Assembly (NCBI GenBank): GCA_003635185.1
Contig: PYJA01000119.1
Location: 2,115 to 66,114, forward strand
Direction: 5' to 3'
DNA: 64,000 nt
Origin: Candidatus Poribacteria bacterium
Lineage (GTDB): Bacteria; Poribacteria; WGA-4E; WGA-3G
The position numbers were made by a program, and so were the translations under genes. Positions 27,054 to 36,125 of the stretch are shown here, one piece after another. The notes under the pieces are model-generated. The model did not search any database and was not told the origin of the DNA. It worked only from the letters and a program-made list of their open reading frames with translations. Numbering within the stretch: the stretch's first letter is position 1; each line of letters starts with the position of its first letter.

Positions 27054-27080
27054 GTTTGTAGCTTATCGGAGGAATGCACG

Positions 27081-27512
27081 TTGAGCACAGTAAAATATAC
27101 AACTACGCACGAATGGATTGAAGTTGTTGGCACAGAGGGAACTATTGGCATAACAGAACGCGCCCAACATCTTTACGGCGAAATTATTTTTGTTGATGTG
27201 TCCCCTGAGCAAGAATGCGAACAAGGTGAAATTATTGGTAGAATTGAAACCGAAACCGGAGGAAACTTTTATCTCTATGCCCCCGTCGCTGGCGAGATTT
27301 ACGAAGTCAATACAACTCTTGAAGAAGATATTGAAATCATCAACAGTGTACCAGAAGGTGATGGTTGGGTTTGCAAAATCTACATCGACAATCTGAGTGA
27401 ACTTGACTCACTTTTGAATTTAGATGACTACGAAGACTACGAAGAAGATGAACTTGATGAAGGTGAGTACTTACCAGAAACTGATTTTTATGAAAATATT
27501 GATGATTATTGA
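27081..27512 (+). CDS. glycine-cleavage H-protein-like protein lacking the lipoyl-lysine, acidic C-terminal tail
   Basis: TTG start after GGAGG. THEWIEV..GTIGITERAQ..GEIIFVDV ... YAPVAGEIYEVN ... GDGWVCKI is collinear with GcvH. The E(S/T)VK lipoylation motif is replaced by IETETGG. The last 35 aa are very D/E/Y-rich. Confidence 0.7.
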   Translation: MSTVKYTTTHEWIEVVGTEGTIGITERAQHLYGEIIFVDVSPEQECEQGEIIGRIETETGGNFYLYAPVAGEIYEVNTTLEEDIEIINSVPEGDGWVCKIYIDNLSELDSLLNLDDYEDYEEDELDEGEYLPETDFYENIDDY

Positions 27513-28441
27513 TCACCACTGGAAGTAATAAAAATACGCCGAACAAGGCGCAGCTTCGGAACAGGAATAATGCTATCAACTTGATACCCCAAATCAACAA
27601 GCGGTTGACTGAGGTCACGGATATCAATAAACCCTGCTTTTGGCGCGCGTGTTCGTAGATTTCCCAAAATTTCAGTAGTCATGGTAGTATCTTTAACAAG
27701 ACTTATGCCATAAGGTAGGTCTGTAGCAACCACGTCAAATTGTCGTTGTATCGTCCGCGCATCGCGCAATTGAACATCAGCTGTGAGTCCGTAATGCTTC
27801 AGATTCTTGGTTGTTGCACCGACCATACGTGGGTTAATATCATAACCCGATGCTTGGATGCCGCAATGTGCTGCCGACAGGACAACCGTACCGGTACCAC
27901 AACACGGATCAAGCAGATGTTCACCGGGAGAAGCCACAAGGTTAACGAGAGCGCGCGCAAGCCTTGCAGGTAATGAGCTGGAAGTCACATGCGGACGCTG
28001 ATCATGTGCAACCCACAGGCCATCAGCTTCAGAGAGAAGTTTACCAAACCAAAGTTTATCGGGAGTTACAACGAGTAAAAAAACAACTCGCGGAGACGAC
28101 AAATTTGGCTTACCGCCAATGATACCTCCTATCTGATGTGCTAATGCCATGGAGTCAACATTCAGGGTGCGGGGCTTTTTAACAACTGACACCCGAAATC
28201 CATCTGCATGCAAATCTGCAGACCGAATATTCGCATAGAGCTCTGATACGCTTCCGGTTTCAAAGAGCACTTCAGTACAACTTTTGAGGTACGCACCTCG
28301 GCATACATCAGCACACATATCCGAAACTGTGATACCGGACGCATCCGGAGCAGCGCCCGTTAACGCAACCGATTCCGCTGATGCCAATTCTGTAAGTTGA
28401 GACGGAATCGCCATAAGATAGAGATATTTTTGTGTTATCAT
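27506..28441 (-). CDS. SAM-dependent N6/N2-type (UPF0020/Trm11-like) RNA methyltransferase
   Basis: LLDPCCGTGTVVLSAA (motif I) and VVATDLPYG (DPPY-like motif IV). The start is set at ATG 28441 (MITQKYL). Confidence 0.7.
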   Translation of the reverse strand: MITQKYLYLMAIPSQLTELASAESVALTGAAPDASGITVSDMCADVCRGAYLKSCTEVLFETGSVSELYANIRSADLHADGFRVSVVKKPRTLNVDSMALAHQIGGIIGGKPNLSSPRVVFLLVVTPDKLWFGKLLSEADGLWVAHDQRPHVTSSSLPARLARALVNLVASPGEHLLDPCCGTGTVVLSAAHCGIQASGYDINPRMVGATTKNLKHYGLTADVQLRDARTIQRQFDVVATDLPYGISLVKDTTMTTEILGNLRTRAPKAGFIDIRDLSQPLVDLGYQVDSIIPVPKLRLVRRIFITSSGDQ

Positions 28442-28563
28442 GTTTTCATGATAACACAAAAATCCAGAAACAACAATGTTAGAAAGGAACACTGCTGGTG
28501 AGGTTTCCTAACCTCGCCCCGTTGCACTATGCGGAAACAACAATGTTAGAAAGGAAACACTTG

Positions 28564-29400
28564 ATGCCAAAGACTGAAAAAATTAGGATTGGACATAGCC
28601 CAGATTCTGATGATGCCTTCATGTTTTATGCCCTCGCAAAAGGGCTTATTCCAACTGAACCGTTTGAAATTGTACACGTTATAGAAGACATTGAGACCTT
28701 GAACAAACGGGCACTCGCAGCTGAACTTGAAGTTACTGCGATTTCCGTTCACGCCTATGCGTATGTCGCAGATAATTACGCACTTATGCCTTGTGGCGCA
28801 AGCATCGGGGATCAGTACGGACCCCTAATCGTTTCTAAAACACCAATGGAAACCTTTACCGGTAAACGTATTGCGATCCCCGGAGAGATGACCACTGCTT
28901 ATCTGACAATGAAACTCTTCCAACCCCATGTTGAAACAAAAACGTATCGCTTCGACAAGATTATTGAGGCTGTCCAACAAGGCGAAGTTGACGCAGGACT
29001 CATTATTCATGAAGGGCAACTGACATACACACGTGAAGGACTTCACAAAATAGTTGATTTAGGGGAATGGTGGCACGAAGAAACCGGATTGCCACTACCT
29101 CTTGGCGCAAATGTTATCCGCCGCAATCTTGGGAACGAGAAAATTCGTCCTATCACATCTTTGTTAAAACAGAGTATTCAATATTCACTTGAACATCGGG
29201 AGCGTGGGCTTGAATATGCAATGACCTATGCACGTGACATGGAAACCGACCTCGCGGATAAGTTCGTTGGCATGTATGTTAATGATTATACTTTGGATTA
29301 TGGAGAAAGCGGCAGAAAAGCGGTACAGGAATTGCTCAACCGTGGTCATAAAGCTGGTGTGATTCCACATCGCGTAAATGCTGATTTTGTTGAACTTTGA
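28564..29400 (+). CDS. MqnA/MqnD-family (futalosine-pathway, periplasmic-binding-protein-fold) protein
   Basis: IRIGHSPDSDDAFMFYALAKG and DIETLNKRAL motifs of the VitK2-biosynthesis (MqnA/MqnD) family. ATG 28564 lies after gaaaggaaa. The upstream ORF extension runs through a hairpin repeat. Confidence 0.7.
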   Translation: MPKTEKIRIGHSPDSDDAFMFYALAKGLIPTEPFEIVHVIEDIETLNKRALAAELEVTAISVHAYAYVADNYALMPCGASIGDQYGPLIVSKTPMETFTGKRIAIPGEMTTAYLTMKLFQPHVETKTYRFDKIIEAVQQGEVDAGLIIHEGQLTYTREGLHKIVDLGEWWHEETGLPLPLGANVIRRNLGNEKIRPITSLLKQSIQYSLEHRERGLEYAMTYARDMETDLADKFVGMYVNDYTLDYGESGRKAVQELLNRGHKAGVIPHRVNADFVEL

Positions 29401-29492
29401 TGTGTGTATTATAATTCAAATTGCTATCTATAAGATTTTAGACAGGCAGATACCGTTTTTTATAGAGAATAATCCGTTTTTTGCAAGATTCC

Positions 29493-29656
29493 GTAGCGTC
29501 CACTGACAGTTTGCGCTGATTTGGCACAAACTGGAAGTTTGTGCTACAAGATGGCAACTTAGGTTACTATAGTAAAACCTATAATTAATGGGACACTTAC
29601 GTAGCGCAATCTGTCAGTTTGCGCACTCACATGCACAATCTGGCAGATTGTGCTAC
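29493..29656. mobile_element. two abutting IS630-type MITE fragments sharing a TA
   Basis: ...caacttaggttacta|ta|gtaaaacctataattaatgggacactt... The right end of one element abuts the left end of the next at 29568-29570. Each carries a family D double hairpin. Confidence 0.65.
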
Positions 29657-29687
29657 ATAAGAAAATCTGAATTGCAGGGGTTCTGCT

Positions 29688-29891
29688 ATGGACACAAAAC
29701 GCCGCAGAAGTTTTCAGTTAGAAGATGCGAAAGGGAATAAACTTGCTACCGGTGTTATCTATGATGAAGGCAATGTTCAGGTGTTATGGCGTATAGACTG
29801 TGGGTACACAGCTGAACAATATGCTTCTCTGAACCCTGTTTTAGATTTAATGCCGGGAGTTGCTGTGCTACGCCTCCAAGATTCCGAGTGA
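29688..29891 (+). CDS. hypothetical small protein (67 aa)
   Basis: The only support is the ORF plus a weak GGGG upstream. No family recognised. Confidence 0.3.
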   Translation: MDTKRRRSFQLEDAKGNKLATGVIYDEGNVQVLWRIDCGYTAEQYASLNPVLDLMPGVAVLRLQDSE

Positions 29892-29907
29892 ACATAGCAT
29901 TTCTCTT

Positions 29908-30780
29908 TCAACGAAGCCTTCGATCAGCCAACTTAATGATTTGCCCATTTTCCTGAGCAATATACATATAACCGAGTCCATCTAATGTTATCCCTTCTTG
30001 ATCATCACCCGGCAATAGGTAGCGTTGAAGATGTGTACCATCTCGTTTGAGTTCGACCAAAAGGTTTGTTGTATCACTGATTAACACAAGAGAATCTGCT
30101 TTTGCATTGTAGGCAAGTCCAGAAATATCCAAGAGGTTCATCTCAATATAACGAATAATGGTACCTTCAGCCTCTGTAGCGTTAGACGTAAGAAGCGGCA
30201 CACTTACTTCACATATAACCGAAGGTTCTCCGCCAGGTTTGCGACTAAATGATTGATTACCAATCCAAAATGTCCCGCCCTCCGGGTGTGTTGCATCTGG
30301 AACAAAAGTTATTGCTTCTATCCCCATACCTCCCTTTTTTAGGAGTGGTTTCCCTTCAAAAGTACGATTGATTTTAAATTCCCGATGGATCGTAAGTGTC
30401 TGCGGATCAATTTCCAAAATGGTTTCGTCATCCTCAACCGCTGCGTAAAGCCAGCCCGTTATCGGGTGAGTCGTAATTCCTTCCAGGTCAAGTGCTTGCA
30501 ACGCCTTCGTTTGGATAACCGTACCATCTGGACGAATTTCATGAATATGTCCCTCATCATCTACAACAAACAACGTTCTGCGTTCCGGGTGATAGGTTAC
30601 ACCAGACGGTTCAGTAATCGGTGTTTTGCTAATATTGCCCACCCAAGTATACGGAAGTTCAGTGGGTATCAAGGCAGCTTTCTCTTTCCGATCAGCGTCT
30701 TCTATCCTTATCAGAAAGTAGACCAGGAGCGCGCTGACACACATAAAGCAACATAAAACGAAAATTTTGTTATTACGCAC
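29908..30780 (-). CDS. SdiA-regulated/YjiK-like beta-propeller protein, membrane-anchored
   Basis: EPSGVTYHPERRTLFVVDDEGHIHEI, DLEGIT and GMGIEAITF motifs. GTG 30780 lies after GAGGA and gives MRNNKIFVLCCFMCVSALLVYFLI as a signal anchor. The ORF maximum extends to 30816. Confidence 0.6.
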   Translation of the reverse strand: MRNNKIFVLCCFMCVSALLVYFLIRIEDADRKEKAALIPTELPYTWVGNISKTPITEPSGVTYHPERRTLFVVDDEGHIHEIRPDGTVIQTKALQALDLEGITTHPITGWLYAAVEDDETILEIDPQTLTIHREFKINRTFEGKPLLKKGGMGIEAITFVPDATHPEGGTFWIGNQSFSRKPGGEPSVICEVSVPLLTSNATEAEGTIIRYIEMNLLDISGLAYNAKADSLVLISDTTNLLVELKRDGTHLQRYLLPGDDQEGITLDGLGYMYIAQENGQIIKLADRRLR

Positions 30781-30842
30781 AGTGTTATCCTCAATCTTTG
30801 GGTAGCAGCTTGTCAAAATATGAGGTCACGAATGGCTCAGCT

Positions 30843-30897
30843 GTAGCATAAACTTCCAGTTTGTGCGCTGATATGCATAAACTTCCAGTTTGTGCTA
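30843..30897. repeat. family D hairpin units in direct tandem
   Basis: gcataaacttccagtttgtgc occurs twice, separated by gctgatat. Confidence 0.7.
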
Positions 30898-31040
30898 CAA
30901 AATGTCCAAATAATTATATGCTTTACTATATTTCCAAAAATTCTTGTCCAAATGGTCTGCGCCAATCTCCTATTGTTAAAAAACTATCATATTTTTTTTG
31001 AGGTGTCAAGTACAAAAAGTAACATTTACTTCCTTTTACC

Positions 31041-31069
31041 TTGACAATCCCTTAAATCAATGATATAAT
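31041..31069 (+). promoter_or_regulatory. consensus sigma-70 promoter
   Basis: TTGACA (31041-46), 17 nt, TATAAT (31064-69). 50 nt upstream of ATG 31120. Confidence 0.65.
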
Positions 31070-31119
31070 AAATTAGTAAACTAAAATAGATACAATGACC
31101 TTCAGCGAAGGGGAAATAA

Positions 31120-32532
31120 ATGGCAAGCACACCGAGGTTAGTCGTCGAAGTCTTTGAACATGTCAATTTTCATGGACGCAAGATAACCCTCGTAGAATCC
31201 ATACCGAATACAACAGAAATAGGTGCCCAAGACGTAATCTCTTCTATTAAGATATACCAAGGGCCCGGTTTCACTGCGTCTCCGAACTACAAGGCAATTT
31301 TTCATGAACATGCCAATTATAAAGGCAGGCGATTGGTCTTAGCACCAGGATTCTATCCAAACATCCACGAGATACCTTACAATTTCGGTGATGCAATTAC
31401 AGCGATAAGTTTTAGTCCAGCTGCACATCCGACCCCGCCGGTGTATGGAGCAGTCCCTGTTGTCATAGAGGTGTTTCGTGATGTGGATTTCAGTGGTCAG
31501 CGGAGTCTTATCATGCGCGATGTCAGTTCAATGTTCGAAATCGGCATGAATGATATGATCTCTTCTGTCCGTATTCAGCGCGGTCCGAATTTTCCTTTTA
31601 GTGGATGCCATATCATCTTCTACGAACATGTCAATTTTGAAGGACGTAGGATCAACTTAGACTTAAACTCTCGCGAATTCCAGAAGTCAGTCAGGAATCT
31701 TCGCGAGCTACCCCACTCACAATCGTTTTCCGACATCATGTCCTCCATAAAGATTGTGCCGTTAGGTGTTTTCCGCGTGCTAATTGTTGTAGGTGATAAT
31801 CTAACGGGCGAACCCGCTGTTTTGCAATCTCTCACGACGCTTGAAGGTTTAGAATTTCAATATACAACAGTCCATATTAACGATAATCCTGATAACCGAG
31901 GCGACCCAAATAATGCGATAAAACTCTCCAATGTTACGCTCTCCAATTATGATATTATTTGGTTCACTTGGTTTGCCACGGGGCATGATGGAGAGTATTT
32001 TGTTGAAGACGCGGATGATGCGATCAAAGACTTCGTAAGAAAAGGTGGTGTTGTGTGGACATCCGCTATGGATAACAATATCGTACCACCTGATGGAGTC
32101 CACGCATCTGAAACGGCATGGCGTGGGGACTGGCTACCTGTAGATCGTCATCCTATTGATGTCGTTGGTGCTGAAGATGCCAACGTTACGATTACCGAGG
32201 ATGGGCAAAAAACAGGTATGTTTACATGGCCCCATAAGATCAATGTGGATAATTTGGTGACAGATGACCATTGGGTTACCAATGACCCAAGTTATCAAAA
32301 GTTGGTCGTTAGAGAAGACAATGGCGGCCCAATCGGCATCCAGTTACAGTGGGGGGACGGATACTACGTCGGTTTTGCCGTTGATACACGGGATGCCCAT
32401 AAAACCGCTGTCGCGAAACCTTTAATTGAAAATACACTCTGTTATCTTGCAAGTCTCGCGTGGCAAACCTCTCCACGCCAACCCCTCAAGGGACGTTATA
32501 GGACAAGCCAGAACAATGATATAATGTTCTAA
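31120..32532 (+). CDS. beta/gamma-crystallin (4 Greek-key motifs) fused to a GATase1/ThuA-like C-terminal domain
   Basis: Four repeats of V.EVFEHVNFHGR...ISSIKI type (FEHVNFHG, HEHANYKG, FRDVDFSG, YEHVNFEG, each followed by a conserved Ser). The C-terminal half shows VLIVVGDN...YDIIWFTW...KGGVVW, a pattern of class-I amidotransferase-like folds (weak). Confidence 0.55.
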   Translation: MASTPRLVVEVFEHVNFHGRKITLVESIPNTTEIGAQDVISSIKIYQGPGFTASPNYKAIFHEHANYKGRRLVLAPGFYPNIHEIPYNFGDAITAISFSPAAHPTPPVYGAVPVVIEVFRDVDFSGQRSLIMRDVSSMFEIGMNDMISSVRIQRGPNFPFSGCHIIFYEHVNFEGRRINLDLNSREFQKSVRNLRELPHSQSFSDIMSSIKIVPLGVFRVLIVVGDNLTGEPAVLQSLTTLEGLEFQYTTVHINDNPDNRGDPNNAIKLSNVTLSNYDIIWFTWFATGHDGEYFVEDADDAIKDFVRKGGVVWTSAMDNNIVPPDGVHASETAWRGDWLPVDRHPIDVVGAEDANVTITEDGQKTGMFTWPHKINVDNLVTDDHWVTNDPSYQKLVVREDNGGPIGIQLQWGDGYYVGFAVDTRDAHKTAVAKPLIENTLCYLASLAWQTSPRQPLKGRYRTSQNNDIMF

Positions 32533-32577
32533 CAAAAACATTTTTTGAAATGTAGAGTTTTACCATAGGAGAAATTA

Positions 32578-34686
32578 ATGCGTCTCATTCTTGCTGTTAT
32601 ATTTCTAATTGTCGTTGTATGTGCCATCGGGTATTTTGCCTATAATTTTCTGATGCCAGATGGTGATCCGAATGGTGATCAGAACCAAACCAACGAATCT
32701 AATGTCTTGCGCTGGATGGGTGTTATAGCCGTTGTCTTATTTGGAGCTTTGACTGTTAGTGTATTATCCGTTATCCGTTATAGGATACCGAAAGCAGATA
32801 TCGCCTTGGTCAGAACAGGTGGTGCGAGAGAGAAAATTCGTATCACTGGTGGTCTCTGGGTTAATACGATTATCCATGAAATCAAAGAGATCTCCCTCAA
32901 CACCATGCGAATTGAGGTGGTTCGCGAAGCCACTGATTCCTTAATTACCAACGATTTCAACCGAGCCGACGTTGAAGTCGTTTTCTATATTAAGGTTAAT
33001 CCTGATGACGATGAAATATTAAAAGCTGCCCAAGCCCTCGGCGATAAATCCATGACACCAGAAACTATCCGTGAATTAATTGAACCGATGTTGGATGGTG
33101 CGTTAAGAAGCGTCGCTGCCGAAAGTGAAATTCAAGACCTTCTACAGAAACGCCTTGAATTCGCTGACAACGTTCAAGATGCTTGCGGGGAAAATCTGAA
33201 ACTCCATAATGGATTGACACTTGATACCGTTTCCATTATCCAGGTTGATCAAACGCCTATGGAAATGCTCAATCCCGACAACCGATTTGACGCTGTCGGT
33301 ATCCGAGAAATTACTGAAATCACTGCCGAACAAGAGCGAGATAAAGAGGCTGCCATTAAAGCGAAAGATGTTGCCATTGAACAAATTAATGTTGAAGCCC
33401 GTATTCGGATCCTTGAAGCAGAACAAGAGCAAGCATGGGCAGAATCTGATCAACAGAAAAATATCGCCATCTATGCTGCGGAACGGGAAGCTGAAACCAT
33501 AAAGTTCCAATTTGAGATGGAACAGAGCGTCCAAGAACGTGAATACGAAATGAAGTTGGAGGTTGAACGCGCCCGTATTTCTCAAGAAGAAGGTGTCGCA
33601 TTACGTGAAGTTGAATTAGAATTAGAAGTTCAGACTGCAACATTCGCCCAAGAACAACAGGTGCAACAACGTGAGATTGAGAAAAATCTCGTCGTTGAAA
33701 CCGCACAAATTGACCAAAGCAAAGTTGTTCAGCTTGCTGAAATTGCACAACATCTTACTGTGCAAATGGAGAAAATTGAACAGGAACAGACAATTGAAGT
33801 TCGCGAAATAGAGAAGCAGCTGATGGTAGAAAAAGCACGCATCGCTCAGGAAGAGGGTGTGCAGTTGCGAGATGTTGAGCGAGACTTGACTGTATTGACT
33901 GCGAAGTTCGCCCAAGAACAGCAGGTGCAACAACGTGAGATTGAAAAGAACCTCGTCGTTGAAACCGCACAGATTGACCAAAACAAACATGTAGAACTTA
34001 CTGAAATCAATAAGTTGTTGACGGTGGAACAGGCCCGTATCGGTCAAGAATTACGTGTCGCGCTTACTGACGAAGATCGAAAGATCGATGTTGCCAATAA
34101 ACAGCAGCTTACAGCACTTGCAGAGAAAGAGCAGTTAGAGGCTGAGGCAGAACGCATGGGGGCGGAAGTCAATGTTACTGCCACCGAACAGATAAAAGGT
34201 GCTGAATGGCAACGGGATGTTGCAATCCTCGGTGCCGAAGCACAGGCACAACCAATTGAACGTCTCGCAGATGCTGTGTTGTCGGAAGCACGAGCCAAAG
34301 CACAAGGCGAAATGGCGGAATACGAAGCACGTAATGTCGCTGAACAACGGGTCCTCGTCCAAGAAGCTATCCTGGAACTGATTGAAGAAGCTCCGGATAT
34401 TATTGAACAAATGATGCGTCCCGTAGAGCAAATTGATAGCATCAAAATTCTTGATATGGGCAACAACGATGGCAAAGGCGGTATCAACCGAAGCAGCATG
34501 GGGCGTTTTGCAAATACGTTGCTTGACACAGGCGCAATTTCACCGATGCTCAAGGAACTTTTTAACTTTGCCGATGTGGATGCCGGGCAAATCGCAGACA
34601 AAATCGCAGAATACCTCGCTGATCTGGTTAACCGCCCAAGTGACGCTCCCGAAGTGCATGTAGATGTAGATGTAGATGCTGAATAA
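32578..34686 (+). CDS. flotillin-like SPFH/band-7 protein with expanded coiled-coil repeats
   Basis: 702 aa. Two N-terminal TM segments. SPFH core (IALVRTGGAREKIRITGGLW...DVEVVFYIKV...LDGALRSVAAE). Long E/Q-rich coiled coil with an 88-aa tandem duplication. Confidence 0.75.
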   Translation: MRLILAVIFLIVVVCAIGYFAYNFLMPDGDPNGDQNQTNESNVLRWMGVIAVVLFGALTVSVLSVIRYRIPKADIALVRTGGAREKIRITGGLWVNTIIHEIKEISLNTMRIEVVREATDSLITNDFNRADVEVVFYIKVNPDDDEILKAAQALGDKSMTPETIRELIEPMLDGALRSVAAESEIQDLLQKRLEFADNVQDACGENLKLHNGLTLDTVSIIQVDQTPMEMLNPDNRFDAVGIREITEITAEQERDKEAAIKAKDVAIEQINVEARIRILEAEQEQAWAESDQQKNIAIYAAEREAETIKFQFEMEQSVQEREYEMKLEVERARISQEEGVALREVELELEVQTATFAQEQQVQQREIEKNLVVETAQIDQSKVVQLAEIAQHLTVQMEKIEQEQTIEVREIEKQLMVEKARIAQEEGVQLRDVERDLTVLTAKFAQEQQVQQREIEKNLVVETAQIDQNKHVELTEINKLLTVEQARIGQELRVALTDEDRKIDVANKQQLTALAEKEQLEAEAERMGAEVNVTATEQIKGAEWQRDVAILGAEAQAQPIERLADAVLSEARAKAQGEMAEYEARNVAEQRVLVQEAILELIEEAPDIIEQMMRPVEQIDSIKILDMGNNDGKGGINRSSMGRFANTLLDTGAISPMLKELFNFADVDAGQIADKIAEYLADLVNRPSDAPEVHVDVDVDAE

Positions 34687-34789
34687 ATCACAGAATCTTT
34701 AGTCCCGCTGAATGCCAAAAGCGCATTCATAGCGTTGATTTGGTAGGGACGATATGTTTATAAAAAAACGTTGTCCCGTCACTTAAGCC

Positions 34790-36106
34790 ATGCGCCATCA
34801 AAGATTTTCTAAAACACAAAAACGCACCAAACAGCACAGATGCCGTACATGCCGTTCCGGTAATGGGAAACGTGCATGTCCTGCTCTCAGTAACATGATA
34901 ATTTGCCCAGAATGTTGTAGTGCCAAACGGGCGAAAATACCTGGATGTGACCATCGTTGTAAATACTATAGCCCCCTCATAGTGAAAAGCAGAAAAGTCG
35001 CCTCGCCTGAATACCCACTCCACTTGTGTCTTGTCAGTCGTTCACGAGATACCGGCATGCTTATTGTTGTCGGCACCCGCAAGAGGCCTGACGGAAATCT
35101 GAAAGCCATGTTTCTTCTCCTGGACCTCTGGAAAAAAGGAGTCCGAGATTGCTTTTACGATGCAAACCTTTCCGAAAAACAATTTGAACGCGCATGTCAA
35201 CGGTTCGGCAATAGTTATACTGAACCAGAACAAGCACTTCCAGAAGAGGAAGAAGAAGATACTGAACGAGAAGAAAAAAATGTTACACAAGAATTAATTC
35301 GTGTCCCAAGAAATACACTTATCATTGAAGCAGAAACTGCAATGCATTTTGATAACGGTGTGACGATTGTGGACGAGGCAGAAGCCTCTAACGGCAAAGC
35401 CATTGACAGCGCCAGAGGGGCTCGCAGTATTTATGACGTTTACATCCCAAAAACGGGCAAATGGTACGTATGGATTCGTACCTTTTATAAATCGGGCAGT
35501 CAAGACTCTTACTGGATAGGCATTGAAGATGTAGAGCCTTATCCTTGGGACGAACAAGGCGGCCCGAATGCAATCAAAATTTGGGCAGTTCCCGGCGACA
35601 ACTCTAAATGGAACCGTTGGATATGGGATACTTCAACACATCCACTCGGAAAGTCAATCCCCGGTTATTTTAACGTCAAACGACGCGGCTATTACCGCGT
35701 CTGGTCAAAAGGAAGAGAACCGGGGACACGGTTAGACCAAATCCTACTCACACGTTCTCGCAGATTTAACCCAGAAACCGCTTCCGAAGGCAAATCGATT
35801 CCCCTCAACACAGAGCTCCACCCGTACGAACCCGCAACCTTTGAAGAGTGTCAAAAATTAATTCGCCATGCAGTAGAGATTTCAAAAGCTGTTGAGACCG
35901 AGTTTCCATGGGAATTTAAATACTGGCTCCATGACATCTGGGGAGATATCCGAAAATTTCCTGAACCCGAGGGTTCACTCTATAAATGCCAAAAATGTGA
36001 AGCAGATTTGCCCGACCAAGCAGTGGACCTCATTAAACAACACGCCCATTCTGATGACATCCAATTTTATATCTTATGCAGAAAATGTGGTGGTGAATTT
36101 GATTAA
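34790..36106 (+). CDS. hypothetical Cys-rich (zinc-finger-like) protein with an inserted beta-sandwich/lectin-like domain
   Basis: 438 aa, no signal peptide. N-terminal CRTC..C..CPECC..C..C cluster and a C-terminal CQKC...CRKC zinc-ribbon pair. The central segment (IIEAE..GKAID...YVWIRTFYKSG..YWIGIED...RLDQILL) resembles carbohydrate-binding modules. Confidence 0.45.
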   Translation: MRHQRFSKTQKRTKQHRCRTCRSGNGKRACPALSNMIICPECCSAKRAKIPGCDHRCKYYSPLIVKSRKVASPEYPLHLCLVSRSRDTGMLIVVGTRKRPDGNLKAMFLLLDLWKKGVRDCFYDANLSEKQFERACQRFGNSYTEPEQALPEEEEEDTEREEKNVTQELIRVPRNTLIIEAETAMHFDNGVTIVDEAEASNGKAIDSARGARSIYDVYIPKTGKWYVWIRTFYKSGSQDSYWIGIEDVEPYPWDEQGGPNAIKIWAVPGDNSKWNRWIWDTSTHPLGKSIPGYFNVKRRGYYRVWSKGREPGTRLDQILLTRSRRFNPETASEGKSIPLNTELHPYEPATFEECQKLIRHAVEISKAVETEFPWEFKYWLHDIWGDIRKFPEPEGSLYKCQKCEADLPDQAVDLIKQHAHSDDIQFYILCRKCGGEFD

Positions 36107-36125
36107 CAGGTCTTCTGCATTCATA

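Noticed and set aside
35892-36125. Upstream extension of the M6 protease ORF, overlapping the end of 34790-36106.
   Set aside because: The extension has no signal peptide and overlaps the preceding gene by more than 200 nt. The hydrophobic signal sequence starts at 36093/36126.
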